A stretch of 42,995 nt of DNA from Reyranella sp. (GTDB lineage: Bacteria > Pseudomonadota > Alphaproteobacteria > Reyranellales > Reyranellaceae), in assembly GCA_030681635.1 (NCBI GenBank), contig JAUXRT010000164.1, forward strand, positions 1-42,995, read 5' to 3'. The notes under the pieces were generated by a model, which was not told where the DNA came from, did no database searches, and worked only from the letters and a program-made list of their open reading frames with translations. Below are positions 1 through 9,044 of the stretch, one piece after another. Positions within the stretch are counted from its first letter, which is position 1. Each line of letters starts with the position of its first letter. Position numbers and translations under genes: made by a program.

Positions 1-579
1 CACCTCGACGATCGTCGGCGAGAGCCGCGACTTCGGCGTGGTGATGCTCGATCGCCAGGGCCGCTCGCTCGCGCCATAGACACCAAAAAGGCGGGCCACG
101 ATGGCATTGAGACCTGCCTGGCGAGCCGCCTCGACCACCGCCAGCGAGCCTGCGACCTTGGTGGCGTTGTAGGTCTTCGCGGTCTCCAACGGGTCAGATT
201 CACGAAGGGGGCGGCGGACGGCAGGCTCCGCATACTCGAAGCAGCTGCCGACATGGACCAGGGCGCGCGCCCCGGCCCTGTGTGCGAGATCGACGAAGGC
301 CAGCGGAAGCTCGGCATTGGCGAGGCGCGCGGCGGCTGCATCAGTTTGGCCGGGATCGACACCATAGGCGGCCGCGTTGAAGATCCAGTCGTACAGGGGG
401 GCTAGCTCGGCCTCGAGAACGCAGTTGGGATGCCAGTGGGCGAGACGGAGAGTGCGGACGGGCGCTGGCAAGGCCCGCTCGCCAGTGGTCATGACCGATA
501 CGTCGTGCCCCCTGGCAGTGAGCGTGGCAGTGAGCGCCGATCCGACGAAGCCTCCACCGCCTGCCACAAGCACCCTCAC
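1..579 (-). CDS. NAD-dependent epimerase/dehydratase (extended SDR, CDP-abequose/paratose synthase-like); runs off the window edge and the C-terminus is probably disrupted
   Basis: Not in the ORF track because there is no stop in the window. GTG at 579 follows GGGAGA. Reads MRVLVAGGGGFVGS...NAAAYGV...HVGSCFEY...YNATK (YxxxK)...RLFGVYGASERPWR. Confidence 0.85.
   Translation of the reverse strand, partial: MRVLVAGGGGFVGSALTATLTARGHDVSVMTTGERALPAPVRTLRLAHWHPNCVLEAELAPLYDWIFNAAAYGVDPGQTDAAAARLANAELPLAFVDLAHRAGARALVHVGSCFEYAEPAVRRPLRESDPLETAKTYNATKVAGSLAVVEAARQAGLNAIVARLFGVYGASERPWRSSITTPKSRLSPTIVEV
2..79 (+). pseudogene. Fragment resembling the N-terminus of a hydantoinase B/oxoprolinase family protein, ending abruptly at a junction
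   Basis: Frame 2 reads TSTIVGESRDFGVVMLDRQGRSLAP*, similar to the conserved 'FSTIVRESxDFxxxLxDxxGRSLAQ' segment of hydantoinase B. It stops at TAG 77-79. Only 25 codons are visible. Confidence 0.5.
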
Positions 580-645
580 GATCTTCTCCCTTCAGACCGA
601 TGCTACAAACAAGACCAGACCAATCCGCAAGAGCTATGTCGCCTC

Positions 646-1425
646 CTAGTGATCTGCCGCCGAGAAACGGCCGACATCGTCGCGTTCATCGCGCGTAGCT
701 TGCACATAGGACTGAATAACCCGATGCGGCTCGCCCTGCTCACGAATGCGACCATTGTCGATCCAGACCGTGTGGTTGCAGAGGCGCCGCACCTGGTCCA
801 GGGAATGACTGACGAAGAGAAGCGTACCCTGCTTCTTGAAGCTATCGATCCAGTCGAGGCACTTTCGCTGAAAGGCAGCATCTCCGACGGACAGGGCCTC
901 GTCGACGATCAAAACATCCGCTTCGACATGAGCGCAAATTGCGAAGGCAAGTCTCGTCCGCATGCCGGTCGAATAGTGCTTGAGTTGCTGGTCCATGAAC
1001 GCCCCGATTCCGGCGAACTCCGCAATCGAATCGAACTTCGCGATAATTTCAGCGCGCTTGAGTCCCATCACCGCGCCAGCGATCAGGACATTCTGCCGGC
1101 CCGTGGAATCCTGATCGAAAGTCGCTCCCAGCGCTAGGACGGGCGCAACACGTCCCCTGACCCAGATCTCGCCTTTTGTCGGACGGGTCATGCCGCAAAC
1201 TATCTGCAACAGCGTGGATTTCCCGCACCCGTTCCTTCCCAATATCCCGATGCTATCGCCCCGCCGCACCTCAAGATCGATGTCGCGCAACGCCCAGAAG
1301 GGCCTCGAGTATGTCTTGAATCTGCCGAACAACGCCTGCTTCACCCAGGCGCCCTGATCCTTGTACAGAGGATAGGCCTTCGCCAGATGGCGAGCATGAA
1401 TGACGACAGGAGCATCAGAGGACAT
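646..1425 (-). CDS. wzt: Polysaccharide ABC transporter ATP-binding protein (Wzt/RfbB family), without a C-terminal carbohydrate-binding domain
   Basis: FWALRDI, Walker A GRNGCGKST, signature YSTGM, Walker B LIVDEALSVGD, H-loop VSH; 259 aa. Confidence 0.93.
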   Translation of the reverse strand: MSSDAPVVIHARHLAKAYPLYKDQGAWVKQALFGRFKTYSRPFWALRDIDLEVRRGDSIGILGRNGCGKSTLLQIVCGMTRPTKGEIWVRGRVAPVLALGATFDQDSTGRQNVLIAGAVMGLKRAEIIAKFDSIAEFAGIGAFMDQQLKHYSTGMRTRLAFAICAHVEADVLIVDEALSVGDAAFQRKCLDWIDSFKKQGTLLFVSHSLDQVRRLCNHTVWIDNGRIREQGEPHRVIQSYVQATRDERDDVGRFSAADH

Positions 1426-2329
1426 CGGCGATATTGGCCCTATTCTGATTGAAGAACCAATATCCGAACCAGAACATTGCCAGTGATATGAAGAATGTCC
1501 ATGCCGTCACCGCAAGGCCCGGCAGTCGACCGAAGAATACAAGGTCCCTCACGATCTCCACGAAGCCCGTCAGAACATTGGCGTAGATCAAAACGTCCAT
1601 CGGAGGAGGCAGGACTTCCTGGGAGAAAAAAACCGGTGTCGCAAACAGGAGCAACGGCGCGATCGTCATCATCAAATACGAGACATCCCGCGTGAACGCA
1701 CCCAAGGCCGACAGGAACCAGGTCAGCCCGATCAGGAAGGCCATGAAGGAAATCACCCAAAGAGGCAGGAGAACGACGGTCCAACTCAGGGATCCAGTGA
1801 AGGCGAGCTGAGCCGCCAGCATCAACACCAGACCGATCCCGGCATAGGCAGAAGCCCGCAGGGTCGAAATGACGGCGAGCATTTCCGCAGGAAACAGAGT
1901 CTGCTTTATGAAATGCGCGTATTCCTGAAGCAGCGACGGCGCCCGGTAGGCCATCTCGGCAAAGAAATTGAAAGCGATCAGACCGCCGAACACAAAGAGT
2001 GAATAGTCATAGGCCGACTTGGCCGCGGTCTTGTTGGGCAGCACGGCCGAACCGCCGAATGCGAAAGTATACGTCATCAGAGCGAGCAGTGGTGCTGTGA
2101 GGGCCCAAACCCAGCCAGCCTGAGAGCCTTTGAATCGTTCATCCAGTTCGCGCTTGAGGATCACCCGAATCAGGTCGCGGTGGCGATAGGCCGACACAAA
2201 GGGCGCTCGCAAAAATCGGATGAAGATTGCCCACGCGCCAAGCTTGCCATCGATGACCGACTCGCCATCAATGACATGCAACAACAGCGCATCGCTGTGG
2301 CCTGTCCGTTGCTCGGGTCCCTCGATCAT
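1415..2329 (-). CDS. wzm: Polysaccharide ABC transporter permease (Wzm); start uncertain (ORF open to 2413)
   Basis: HRDLIRVILKRELDERFKGSQAGWVW, about 6 TM segments, RDV...ATPVFF, C-terminal ADVL; overlaps the start of wzt. Confidence 0.9.
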   Translation of the reverse strand: MIEGPEQRTGHSDALLLHVIDGESVIDGKLGAWAIFIRFLRAPFVSAYRHRDLIRVILKRELDERFKGSQAGWVWALTAPLLALMTYTFAFGGSAVLPNKTAAKSAYDYSLFVFGGLIAFNFFAEMAYRAPSLLQEYAHFIKQTLFPAEMLAVISTLRASAYAGIGLVLMLAAQLAFTGSLSWTVVLLPLWVISFMAFLIGLTWFLSALGAFTRDVSYLMMTIAPLLLFATPVFFSQEVLPPPMDVLIYANVLTGFVEIVRDLVFFGRLPGLAVTAWTFFISLAMFWFGYWFFNQNRANIADVL

Positions 2330-2623
2330 GGAAATTGCGACAAAATCCCTGGTGTCGGCCGGTACTGGAACTTTCCTGTCGCAAGCAGATTCAATTGCAG
2401 CATTACGGGGCAAATATTCATATCGAGACTGTCCTGCACAGCTGAGCAGGCCAAATCCAACTCCACCATGATGCCGCCAATTCGATTACGTGCGGAAAAT
2501 CGGGCTTTCGAAGCGATCTTCTACTTGAGATTCGCCGGATATCCAACCTTTCGCGATCCAGGAGCGTTGGCAAGATTCGTCCCCAAACGGGTAGAATGGC
2601 GAAATTGCAGGAGTGAGCGTCGC

Positions 2624-3364
2624 GTGGAAAGTCCCGAATACGAACTAATGCATGCGGTCGAAGACCGCATGTGGTGGTACCGCGGCTTGCGGACACTGGT
2701 GGCCGGGCAGCTTGCCCGCGCCCTCGCCGGGGTCCCGGCCCGCGGCCCCGTGCTCGATGCCGGCTGCGGCACCGGCGGGATGCTGCGCGTCCTGGGCAAG
2801 GTTGTCGCAGGTCGGCCCACCCTCGGCCTCGACTTCAATCCCGTCGCCGCCGGCATGGCGCTGGCCAAGGCAGGCCGGCCGGTCATGTCGGGCTCGGTCA
2901 ACGAAATGCCGATCGGGAACGACACGCTGGGCGGCTACGTGTCGCTGGATGTCCTCTGCCATGCGGGTGTCGATCCGGAAAAGGCGCTGAGCGAGGCCCG
3001 ACGCTGCCTCCAGCCCGGGGCGGTCGCCGTTCTCAACCTGCCGGCCTATGCGTGGATGTTCTCGGCGCACGACAGGCGCACGCAAAACGCCCGGCGCTTC
3101 ACGCGCGGCGAGGCACGCAAGCTGCTGGCCCGGAACGGCTTCCGCATCCGGCGTGCGAGCTACTGGAATACCTTCCTGTTTCCGCTGATGCTGCTCCACC
3201 GCCTGATCGAGCGCGACGACGCGAAGAGCGATGTGCGCGAATATCCGAGTTGGCAGGATGCATTTTTTTCGGCGATCCTGGCCGTCGAGCGCGCGATCAT
3301 CGCAACCGGCGTCTCCCTGCCGTTCGGAGGTTCGCTACTTGTCGTCGCCGTACGCGAGGACTGA
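2624..3364 (+). CDS. Class I SAM-dependent methyltransferase
   Basis: GTG 2624 after CAGGAG; EDRMWWYRG, VLDAGCGTGG, LDVLCH, NLPAY..MFSAHD. This family is usually found near glycosyltransferase genes. Confidence 0.88.
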   Translation: MESPEYELMHAVEDRMWWYRGLRTLVAGQLARALAGVPARGPVLDAGCGTGGMLRVLGKVVAGRPTLGLDFNPVAAGMALAKAGRPVMSGSVNEMPIGNDTLGGYVSLDVLCHAGVDPEKALSEARRCLQPGAVAVLNLPAYAWMFSAHDRRTQNARRFTRGEARKLLARNGFRIRRASYWNTFLFPLMLLHRLIERDDAKSDVREYPSWQDAFFSAILAVERAIIATGVSLPFGGSLLVVAVRED

Positions 3365-3367
3365 CGC

Positions 3368-4441
3368 TCAGACCTTGCCGATAGCCTGGCGATACTCGGC
3401 GATCTGACGGTCGAGCAGTGTCCGGGCATCCGTGCGGCCGTCGTGAAAATCGCGATACCACTCGGCCGTACGCGCGAGGACTGTGTCCAGCGGCCAGGGC
3501 GGATGCCATCCGAGCCTGGTCCGCGCCTTGGTGCTGTCGAGCGCCAGAAGTTGCGCTTCTGCAAGGTTGGCCGGCTCGATCTTCACCTGAGGCGCCCGCC
3601 ACTTGCCGGACAGTCTTTCGATAACCGCGCCGACGGGTACGATCTCGTCCGACGTCGGCCCAAGGTTCCAGCCACCGACATGCTCGGCCGGCCTGTCCAG
3701 AAGTGCCGCGGCCAGCATCAGGTAGCCATGGCACAGCGACAGGACGTGCTGCCACGGGCGCGTTGCGCCGGGATTGCGCAAGACGATCGGCTTGCCCGCC
3801 AGGATCGCCCTGACGAAATCCGGGATCAGCCGATCTTCCGACCAGTCGCCGCCACCGATGATGTTGCCTCCCCGCGCCGTCGCGATGGGCGGCCCACCCG
3901 CGCCAAAGCTTGCCTGATACGAGGCGGCGACCAGCTCCGCGCAGGCCTTCGACGCGCTGTAGGGATCCTTGCCGCCCAGCTCATCGACCTCGCTATAGGG
4001 TCGATCCCATTCACGGTTGCGATAGACCTTGTCCGTGGTGATGGCCACGGCTGCACGCACCCCGCAGGCCCGCGCCGCCTCGAGCACGTTGGCAGTGCCC
4101 ATCACATTGACGGCGAACGTCTCGACGGGCTCACGATAGGAGCGCCGGACCAACGGCTGGGCGGCAAGGTGAATTAGCACCGAGGGCCGGACCTCGTCCA
4201 GGCAACGCATGACATCGACCGTCGAGCGGACGTCGAGCAACCGGTGGCGCACGATCTCGCCGATGCGCGCCGAGTCGAACAGATTTGGACTTGTCTCAGG
4301 CGCCAGGGCCAGCCCGTGGACCTCCGCCCCGATTCCCGCAAGCCAAGCCGAGAGCCAACTGCCGGTAAATCCGGTGTGACCGGTGACGAGGATCCGCTCG
4401 CCTAAAAGGCGTCGCTCGAAGGGCAGGAGGTCGACAGCCAC
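3368..4441 (-). CDS. rfbG: CDP-glucose 4,6-dehydratase
   Basis: VTGHTGFTGSWL, HLAAQPLVRRSY, TTDKVY, GKDPYSASKAC, RGGNIIGGGDWSEDRLIPD, ATRPWQHVL. Confidence 0.95.
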   Translation of the reverse strand: MAVDLLPFERRLLGERILVTGHTGFTGSWLSAWLAGIGAEVHGLALAPETSPNLFDSARIGEIVRHRLLDVRSTVDVMRCLDEVRPSVLIHLAAQPLVRRSYREPVETFAVNVMGTANVLEAARACGVRAAVAITTDKVYRNREWDRPYSEVDELGGKDPYSASKACAELVAASYQASFGAGGPPIATARGGNIIGGGDWSEDRLIPDFVRAILAGKPIVLRNPGATRPWQHVLSLCHGYLMLAAALLDRPAEHVGGWNLGPTSDEIVPVGAVIERLSGKWRAPQVKIEPANLAEAQLLALDSTKARTRLGWHPPWPLDTVLARTAEWYRDFHDGRTDARTLLDRQIAEYRQAIGKV

Positions 4442-4451
4442 CTACCTGCCC

Positions 4452-5801
4452 TTACCCGCGGCCTTTGCAGAAGGCCCGGATCACATCGAGCACGTAGGAA
4501 AGCTGGGCCTGGCCCAGGCCGGGATAGACCCCGATCCAGAACGTGTTGGTCACGACGAGGTTGGCGTTCGGCAGGTCGCCGATGGTGCGGAACTCGCGCC
4601 CGATCATGTAGGGCTGGCGGATGAGATTGCCGCCGAACAGCAGCCGCGTGGCGATCTTCTTGTCGTTGAGATGCAGCACGAGTTCGTCGCGCGTGAAAGG
4701 TGCCCCCGGCTGGACCGTGATCGGGAAGCCGAACCATGACGGCTCCGAGCGCGCCGTCGCCTCCGGGAGGATCAGATATTCCTCGAGCTCTTCCAGTCCC
4801 GCCTTCAGCGTCGCGAAGTTGCGCTTGCGATCGGCGATGAAGCCCTCAAGCCGATCCATCTGGGCCAAGCCCACCGCTGCCTGCATGTCGGTGATCTTCA
4901 GGTTGAAGCCGAGATGGGAGTAGATGTACTTGTGGTCGTAGCCGTGCGGCAGGTCGCCGAGCTTCCACTTGAAGCGCTTCAGGCAGGTATTGTCCTTGCC
5001 CGGCTCGCAGTAGCAATCGCGACCCCAGTCGCGGAACGACTCCGCGATCTTCTTGAAGTTGGTGTTGTTCATGAACACCGCCCCGCCCTCGCCCATCGTG
5101 ATGTGATGGGCAGGATAGAAGCTGCAGGTGGCGACGTCGCCGAAAGTGCCGACGTGCTTACCATCGTAGGTGGCGCCCAGCGCGTCGCAGCAATCCTCGA
5201 CCAGGAACAGCCCGTGCTTGTCGCACAGCGCCTTGATGGGCGCGATGTCGAAAGGATTGCCAAGCGTGTGCGCGATCATGATGGCGCGAGTCTTCGGCGT
5301 GATCGCGGCTTCGATCTGGCCGGGATCGATGTTGTAGGTTTTCAGCTTCACATCCACGAACACCGGCACGAGGCCCCAATGCAGTGTGGGATTGACGGTG
5401 GTGGGAAAACCGGTGGCCGCGGTGATGACCTCGTGGCCCGGCTTCAATTGACGGTCGCGCAGCCGCGGCGACGTCAGGGTGGAGAAAGCCACCAGGTTGG
5501 CGCTGGAGCCGGAATTGACAGTGATGACATGCTTGGCGCCAACCCGCTCGGCAAAGCGCTTCTCGAAGGCCTCGTTGAAACGCCCCGTCGTCAGCCAGAA
5601 ATCGAGCATCGAATCGGCCAGCATCTGCATGTCGGAGGCGCCATAGACCCGGCCCGACACCGGCACCGCTGAGGTGCCGGGCTCGAAGGCCGGCGTCGCA
5701 TGTTTCAGCGTGTGATACTGGGCCACGAGATCGTGGATCTGCCGCCGGATTTCCTCGGCTTGTTCTCCAGCCGAGGTCTGCGTCTTGTTGCCGGCCGTCA
5801 T
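4452..5801 (-). CDS. rfbH: CDP-4-keto-6-deoxyglucose 3-dehydratase (RfbH/DdhC, E1; PMP and Fe-S dependent)
   Basis: [39 protein letters not shown] (His in place of the PLP Lys), [25 protein letters not shown]. Confidence 0.95.
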   Translation of the reverse strand: MTAGNKTQTSAGEQAEEIRRQIHDLVAQYHTLKHATPAFEPGTSAVPVSGRVYGASDMQMLADSMLDFWLTTGRFNEAFEKRFAERVGAKHVITVNSGSSANLVAFSTLTSPRLRDRQLKPGHEVITAATGFPTTVNPTLHWGLVPVFVDVKLKTYNIDPGQIEAAITPKTRAIMIAHTLGNPFDIAPIKALCDKHGLFLVEDCCDALGATYDGKHVGTFGDVATCSFYPAHHITMGEGGAVFMNNTNFKKIAESFRDWGRDCYCEPGKDNTCLKRFKWKLGDLPHGYDHKYIYSHLGFNLKITDMQAAVGLAQMDRLEGFIADRKRNFATLKAGLEELEEYLILPEATARSEPSWFGFPITVQPGAPFTRDELVLHLNDKKIATRLLFGGNLIRQPYMIGREFRTIGDLPNANLVVTNTFWIGVYPGLGQAQLSYVLDVIRAFCKGRG

Positions 5802-5920
5802 CTTTCGATCCCACCTTTCGCCTGTGACGGCCGCTCACCTAGCATAGTTCGCGGAGGAAAGCGGCCCCGATCATCCGCCGGTTCGGGCGCTGGGCCGCCC
5901 GTATTCCGGGGCCTATTTTG

Positions 5921-7768
5921 CTACAGGAGCGAAGAAGCGATATTGCCAAGGTGACGCATAATGCTTTGCTGCTTCAATGCCGCCTCCGGATCGAAAAACT
6001 GCAGCGGCGGAATCGACCCGTCGCCGAGCGGCCCCCAGGCGCGCTGGGTGACGCATTCCCGTGGCACGACATCGACCGTCGCCGTCGAAATCGCAGGGTT
6101 GAACACGGCGAAGTAGACTGATCGCGGAGTTCCGTCCAGCCGCTCCAATGGCCGAGTCCATTTCCGACCCTCGACCTCGACCACCGCCTCCAATCTGTCC
6201 GCAGAGCATTTGCCGAGATCGATTGTGAAACGTTCGATCGCCTCGGCATGGTTCGGGAATTGCCCTCTATAGGCTTCCTGGCTGGGAAACCACGGCAATG
6301 CTTCCAGGCTACTTTTGACCCGGCTCAAGTTAGCCTGCTGGACAAAATGAGCGCCGACAACAATCGCGACCAGCGCGACAGTGCCAGCGGTACCCGTTCC
6401 GAGTGCAAGCCCGGCTCTTATGTCCAGCCTGGATGTCACGTACTGCCACCCTGCGCCCAGCAAGGCGGCAACGATGATGACGAGTACGACGCGGTCCAGC
6501 ATGAGGAGATGTATGATATGGCGTGGTGAGAATTGGATGCTTCCCGCCGCCGCCAGGCTCAAGATCGTGAAAATCAGGAAGAAGCCAAGACGCCATTTGC
6601 CGACGCAGATGAGCACCAGCAGCAGTAGAAGCCAGCCGCCTACGGGAGGTATGGCCCAATATGAGTGAGAAACAGCCGACAATCCGCTGAACACTCGCGT
6701 CACCATATCGGCCGCCGACAAGCTGGAATACTTCAGGATGAGGTTGAATCCACTGGTCGTGTATGTCGGATCCAGACTGGCGAAATATTCTACTTTCTCC
6801 GTAGTGTTTGCATCCACCGCCGCCCAGGCGACCATGTCGCTGTACAAGGGAAGAAACGAAATGCCTGCAAGCTCCGCACGAGCCGCTTTCCAGAAGTCAT
6901 CCGCAAAGCCCTGGACGATGAAATGCGGGTATCCTTGCAGTTGAGCCACCTGACTGGTTCTCAAAATATCAACAACCAACCCTGTCAGAATGAAGGTCGA
7001 CAAGATCGCTGCAACATCACCAGCAAAGCGCAAGACGTCTTTTCTGCCACTCACTGACGAGGTAAATGCAGCGCCGGCTACGATCGCCGGCATCAGCACC
7101 AAAGTGTCCTGGCGAAACCCCATTCCGATCGAGACTACGCAGGTGGACGAAGCTAGTACCAGCAGGCGCGATCTGTACGTCAAACCAGATTTAAACAAGA
7201 TTCCGAGAAGCGCGAATGCGAGCAAAATGAAGGGAACTTTTGAAAAATCTCTTAGGAAAAACAAATTCTGTTCAAACAAAGGGAACGGAATGGTCGCCGG
7301 GAACAGCAGCAACGCAATATACCAGGGTAATCCAAAGCACCGCAGAATGAGGTAAAAGGCCAACACGGTCAGCGCGGCAAGCGACCCGACCATTGGCCAC
7401 AGCGCTTCCCATGTAAGTCCTGCCAATCGCCAATTGTAGCCGATCAGCGTCGAGAGGATCGGATGAGTGTCGTGCCATCCGTTAAAATAGGACACCGCAT
7501 GCTTGGGACTCTTCTCAAGCTCACTGCATGAGATATTCGCGAGATCAATCCTCTCGTTTAGCTCCTGAGTCCCGGGTGCATTATACTGTCTACCGTCAGG
7601 GTCTTTGAGGCAATAAACATTGACCGCCGAATAAAAGTACTTTTGATAAAAGCTGAACTTCATTTCCTGCTTGGCGTAGACGTCGCCATAGTAGACGAGA
7701 CTTACAACAAAAATGGCGGCCACGATGACCGCGTCGAATACTATCAATAGTGAGAACTTCTTGATCAT
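5921..7768 (-). CDS. Multipass membrane protein, possibly a GT-C-type glycosyltransferase or polymerase
   Basis: About 12 hydrophobic segments, an N-terminal periplasmic loop (WHDTHP), RDFSK and GFRQD motifs, soluble C-terminal tail; visibly lower GC. Start at ATG 7768 or GTG 7813. Confidence 0.6.
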   Translation of the reverse strand: MIKKFSLLIVFDAVIVAAIFVVSLVYYGDVYAKQEMKFSFYQKYFYSAVNVYCLKDPDGRQYNAPGTQELNERIDLANISCSELEKSPKHAVSYFNGWHDTHPILSTLIGYNWRLAGLTWEALWPMVGSLAALTVLAFYLILRCFGLPWYIALLLFPATIPFPLFEQNLFFLRDFSKVPFILLAFALLGILFKSGLTYRSRLLVLASSTCVVSIGMGFRQDTLVLMPAIVAGAAFTSSVSGRKDVLRFAGDVAAILSTFILTGLVVDILRTSQVAQLQGYPHFIVQGFADDFWKAARAELAGISFLPLYSDMVAWAAVDANTTEKVEYFASLDPTYTTSGFNLILKYSSLSAADMVTRVFSGLSAVSHSYWAIPPVGGWLLLLLVLICVGKWRLGFFLIFTILSLAAAGSIQFSPRHIIHLLMLDRVVLVIIVAALLGAGWQYVTSRLDIRAGLALGTGTAGTVALVAIVVGAHFVQQANLSRVKSSLEALPWFPSQEAYRGQFPNHAEAIERFTIDLGKCSADRLEAVVEVEGRKWTRPLERLDGTPRSVYFAVFNPAISTATVDVVPRECVTQRAWGPLGDGSIPPLQFFDPEAALKQQSIMRHLGNIASSLL

Positions 7769-7914
7769 TTGGCTTGTCCGGTGCTCATAAAGATCAACGA
7801 GGAAATCGCACACACAGATTGGGTGCGCAACTAGCCGGACCTGTCGTTGCTAATGCCAGTGGGCAATTCCGGTGATTTGACGCTGGTGAGTCTGGCCGAT
7901 ATCTATGAAGTCCC

Positions 7915-9024
7915 ATGAGCACAGCGTTTGCCGCGTTTGTCGCGGGTAGTCTCAAATCCGAACGCTTCACCTTCATCGACGTCGGATGTTCCGGGGGAAT
8001 CGATCCTGCCTGGCGTGTGTTTGGCCCTCGATTGAGAGCGCTTGCCTTCGACGCCAGTGTCGACGAATGCGAACGCCTCACGGCCGCTGAAACGCATGCC
8101 GACATCAAGTACATCGCGGGATTTGTCGGGCTGCAGCACGATCACCCGTTTGCCATCCAAGTCGCTGGAAAATCGCGCTATGTCCGCAACGCCTTCCCCC
8201 GCACGAGCGCCGGCCGGATGGCCGAGTTGCAGCAGGAGCACCTTAAGGCGGCGTCCCTCAAGGAAAAGTTGCTGCATAACGCCTGGGGAATGACGAATCT
8301 GGCCGATCCCAGCAAGGTGGTAGTTGTTCCCACCGTCCTGAAACAACTCGGCTGGTCGGATGCCGACTTGCTCAAGATTGACATCGACGGTCCAGATTTC
8401 GAAGTGCTGCACTCGTTCGACGGCCAATTCGACGAACTCGGGCTGCTCGGGGCGCGCCTTGAGGTCAATCTGAACGGCGGGCCTGATGCGTGGGAGCACA
8501 CCTTCCACAATACCGATCGCTTCATGCGGGCGCGTGGATTCGAGTTGTTTGCTCTGGATGTCCGCAACTACGCGATGTCTGCGCTTCCTTCGCCTTTCGC
8601 GATCACATCGCCAGCTCAGTCCGTGACAGGCCGTCCCTATCAAGCTGAAGCGTTTTATTCCCGGGATCCCGCCGGCCTCGACTGGCAGAACGTTGGCGCC
8701 ACCATGAGACCGGAGAAGATGGCGAAGCTCGCCGCAATCTTTTCCATATGGAACCAACCAGACTCCGCAGCCGAGCTCGTTCTGACCTTTTGCGACAAGC
8801 TGGCAGGCGTATTCGATATCGATACCGCGCTGGAACTGCTCGCGGGCCAGATGCAGACGGAAGCTGCCGCGGCGATACCCTACCGTGACTACATTGCTGC
8901 ATTCGAAGCCGGCGCGCCAAGATTCTATCCCGCTCCCTGGATTCCCTATACGCCGCCGACACCCAGAGACCGCCTCGTCGCAGCCTTCAAGGCATTCCTG
9001 GACCCCAGTTCAGTCTCCAAGTAG
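7915..9024 (+). CDS. FkbM-like methyltransferase
   Basis: FIDVGCSGG, DLLKIDIDGPDFEVL, LEVN...F..TDRFMRARGFELF. Confidence 0.8.
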   Translation: MSTAFAAFVAGSLKSERFTFIDVGCSGGIDPAWRVFGPRLRALAFDASVDECERLTAAETHADIKYIAGFVGLQHDHPFAIQVAGKSRYVRNAFPRTSAGRMAELQQEHLKAASLKEKLLHNAWGMTNLADPSKVVVVPTVLKQLGWSDADLLKIDIDGPDFEVLHSFDGQFDELGLLGARLEVNLNGGPDAWEHTFHNTDRFMRARGFELFALDVRNYAMSALPSPFAITSPAQSVTGRPYQAEAFYSRDPAGLDWQNVGATMRPEKMAKLAAIFSIWNQPDSAAELVLTFCDKLAGVFDIDTALELLAGQMQTEAAAAIPYRDYIAAFEAGAPRFYPAPWIPYTPPTPRDRLVAAFKAFLDPSSVSK

Positions 9025-9044
9025 CGGCTAGTGGTAGCGGCTAG
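9021..9044. repeat. 11-bp direct repeat GTAGCGGCTAG x2 spanning two convergent stop codons
   Basis: gtagcggctag (9021-9031) + tg + gtagcggctag (9034-9044). Confidence 0.7.

Noticed and set aside
513-536. 12-bp tandem duplication TGGCAGTGAGCG x2
   Set aside because: It is in frame within the SDR helix after the GxxGxxG motif and the spacing matches normal family length; only two copies.
1625-3270. A and T homopolymer runs of about 7 nt as possible phase-variation tracts
   Set aside because: They are short, in frame, and encode ordinary Phe-Phe segments.
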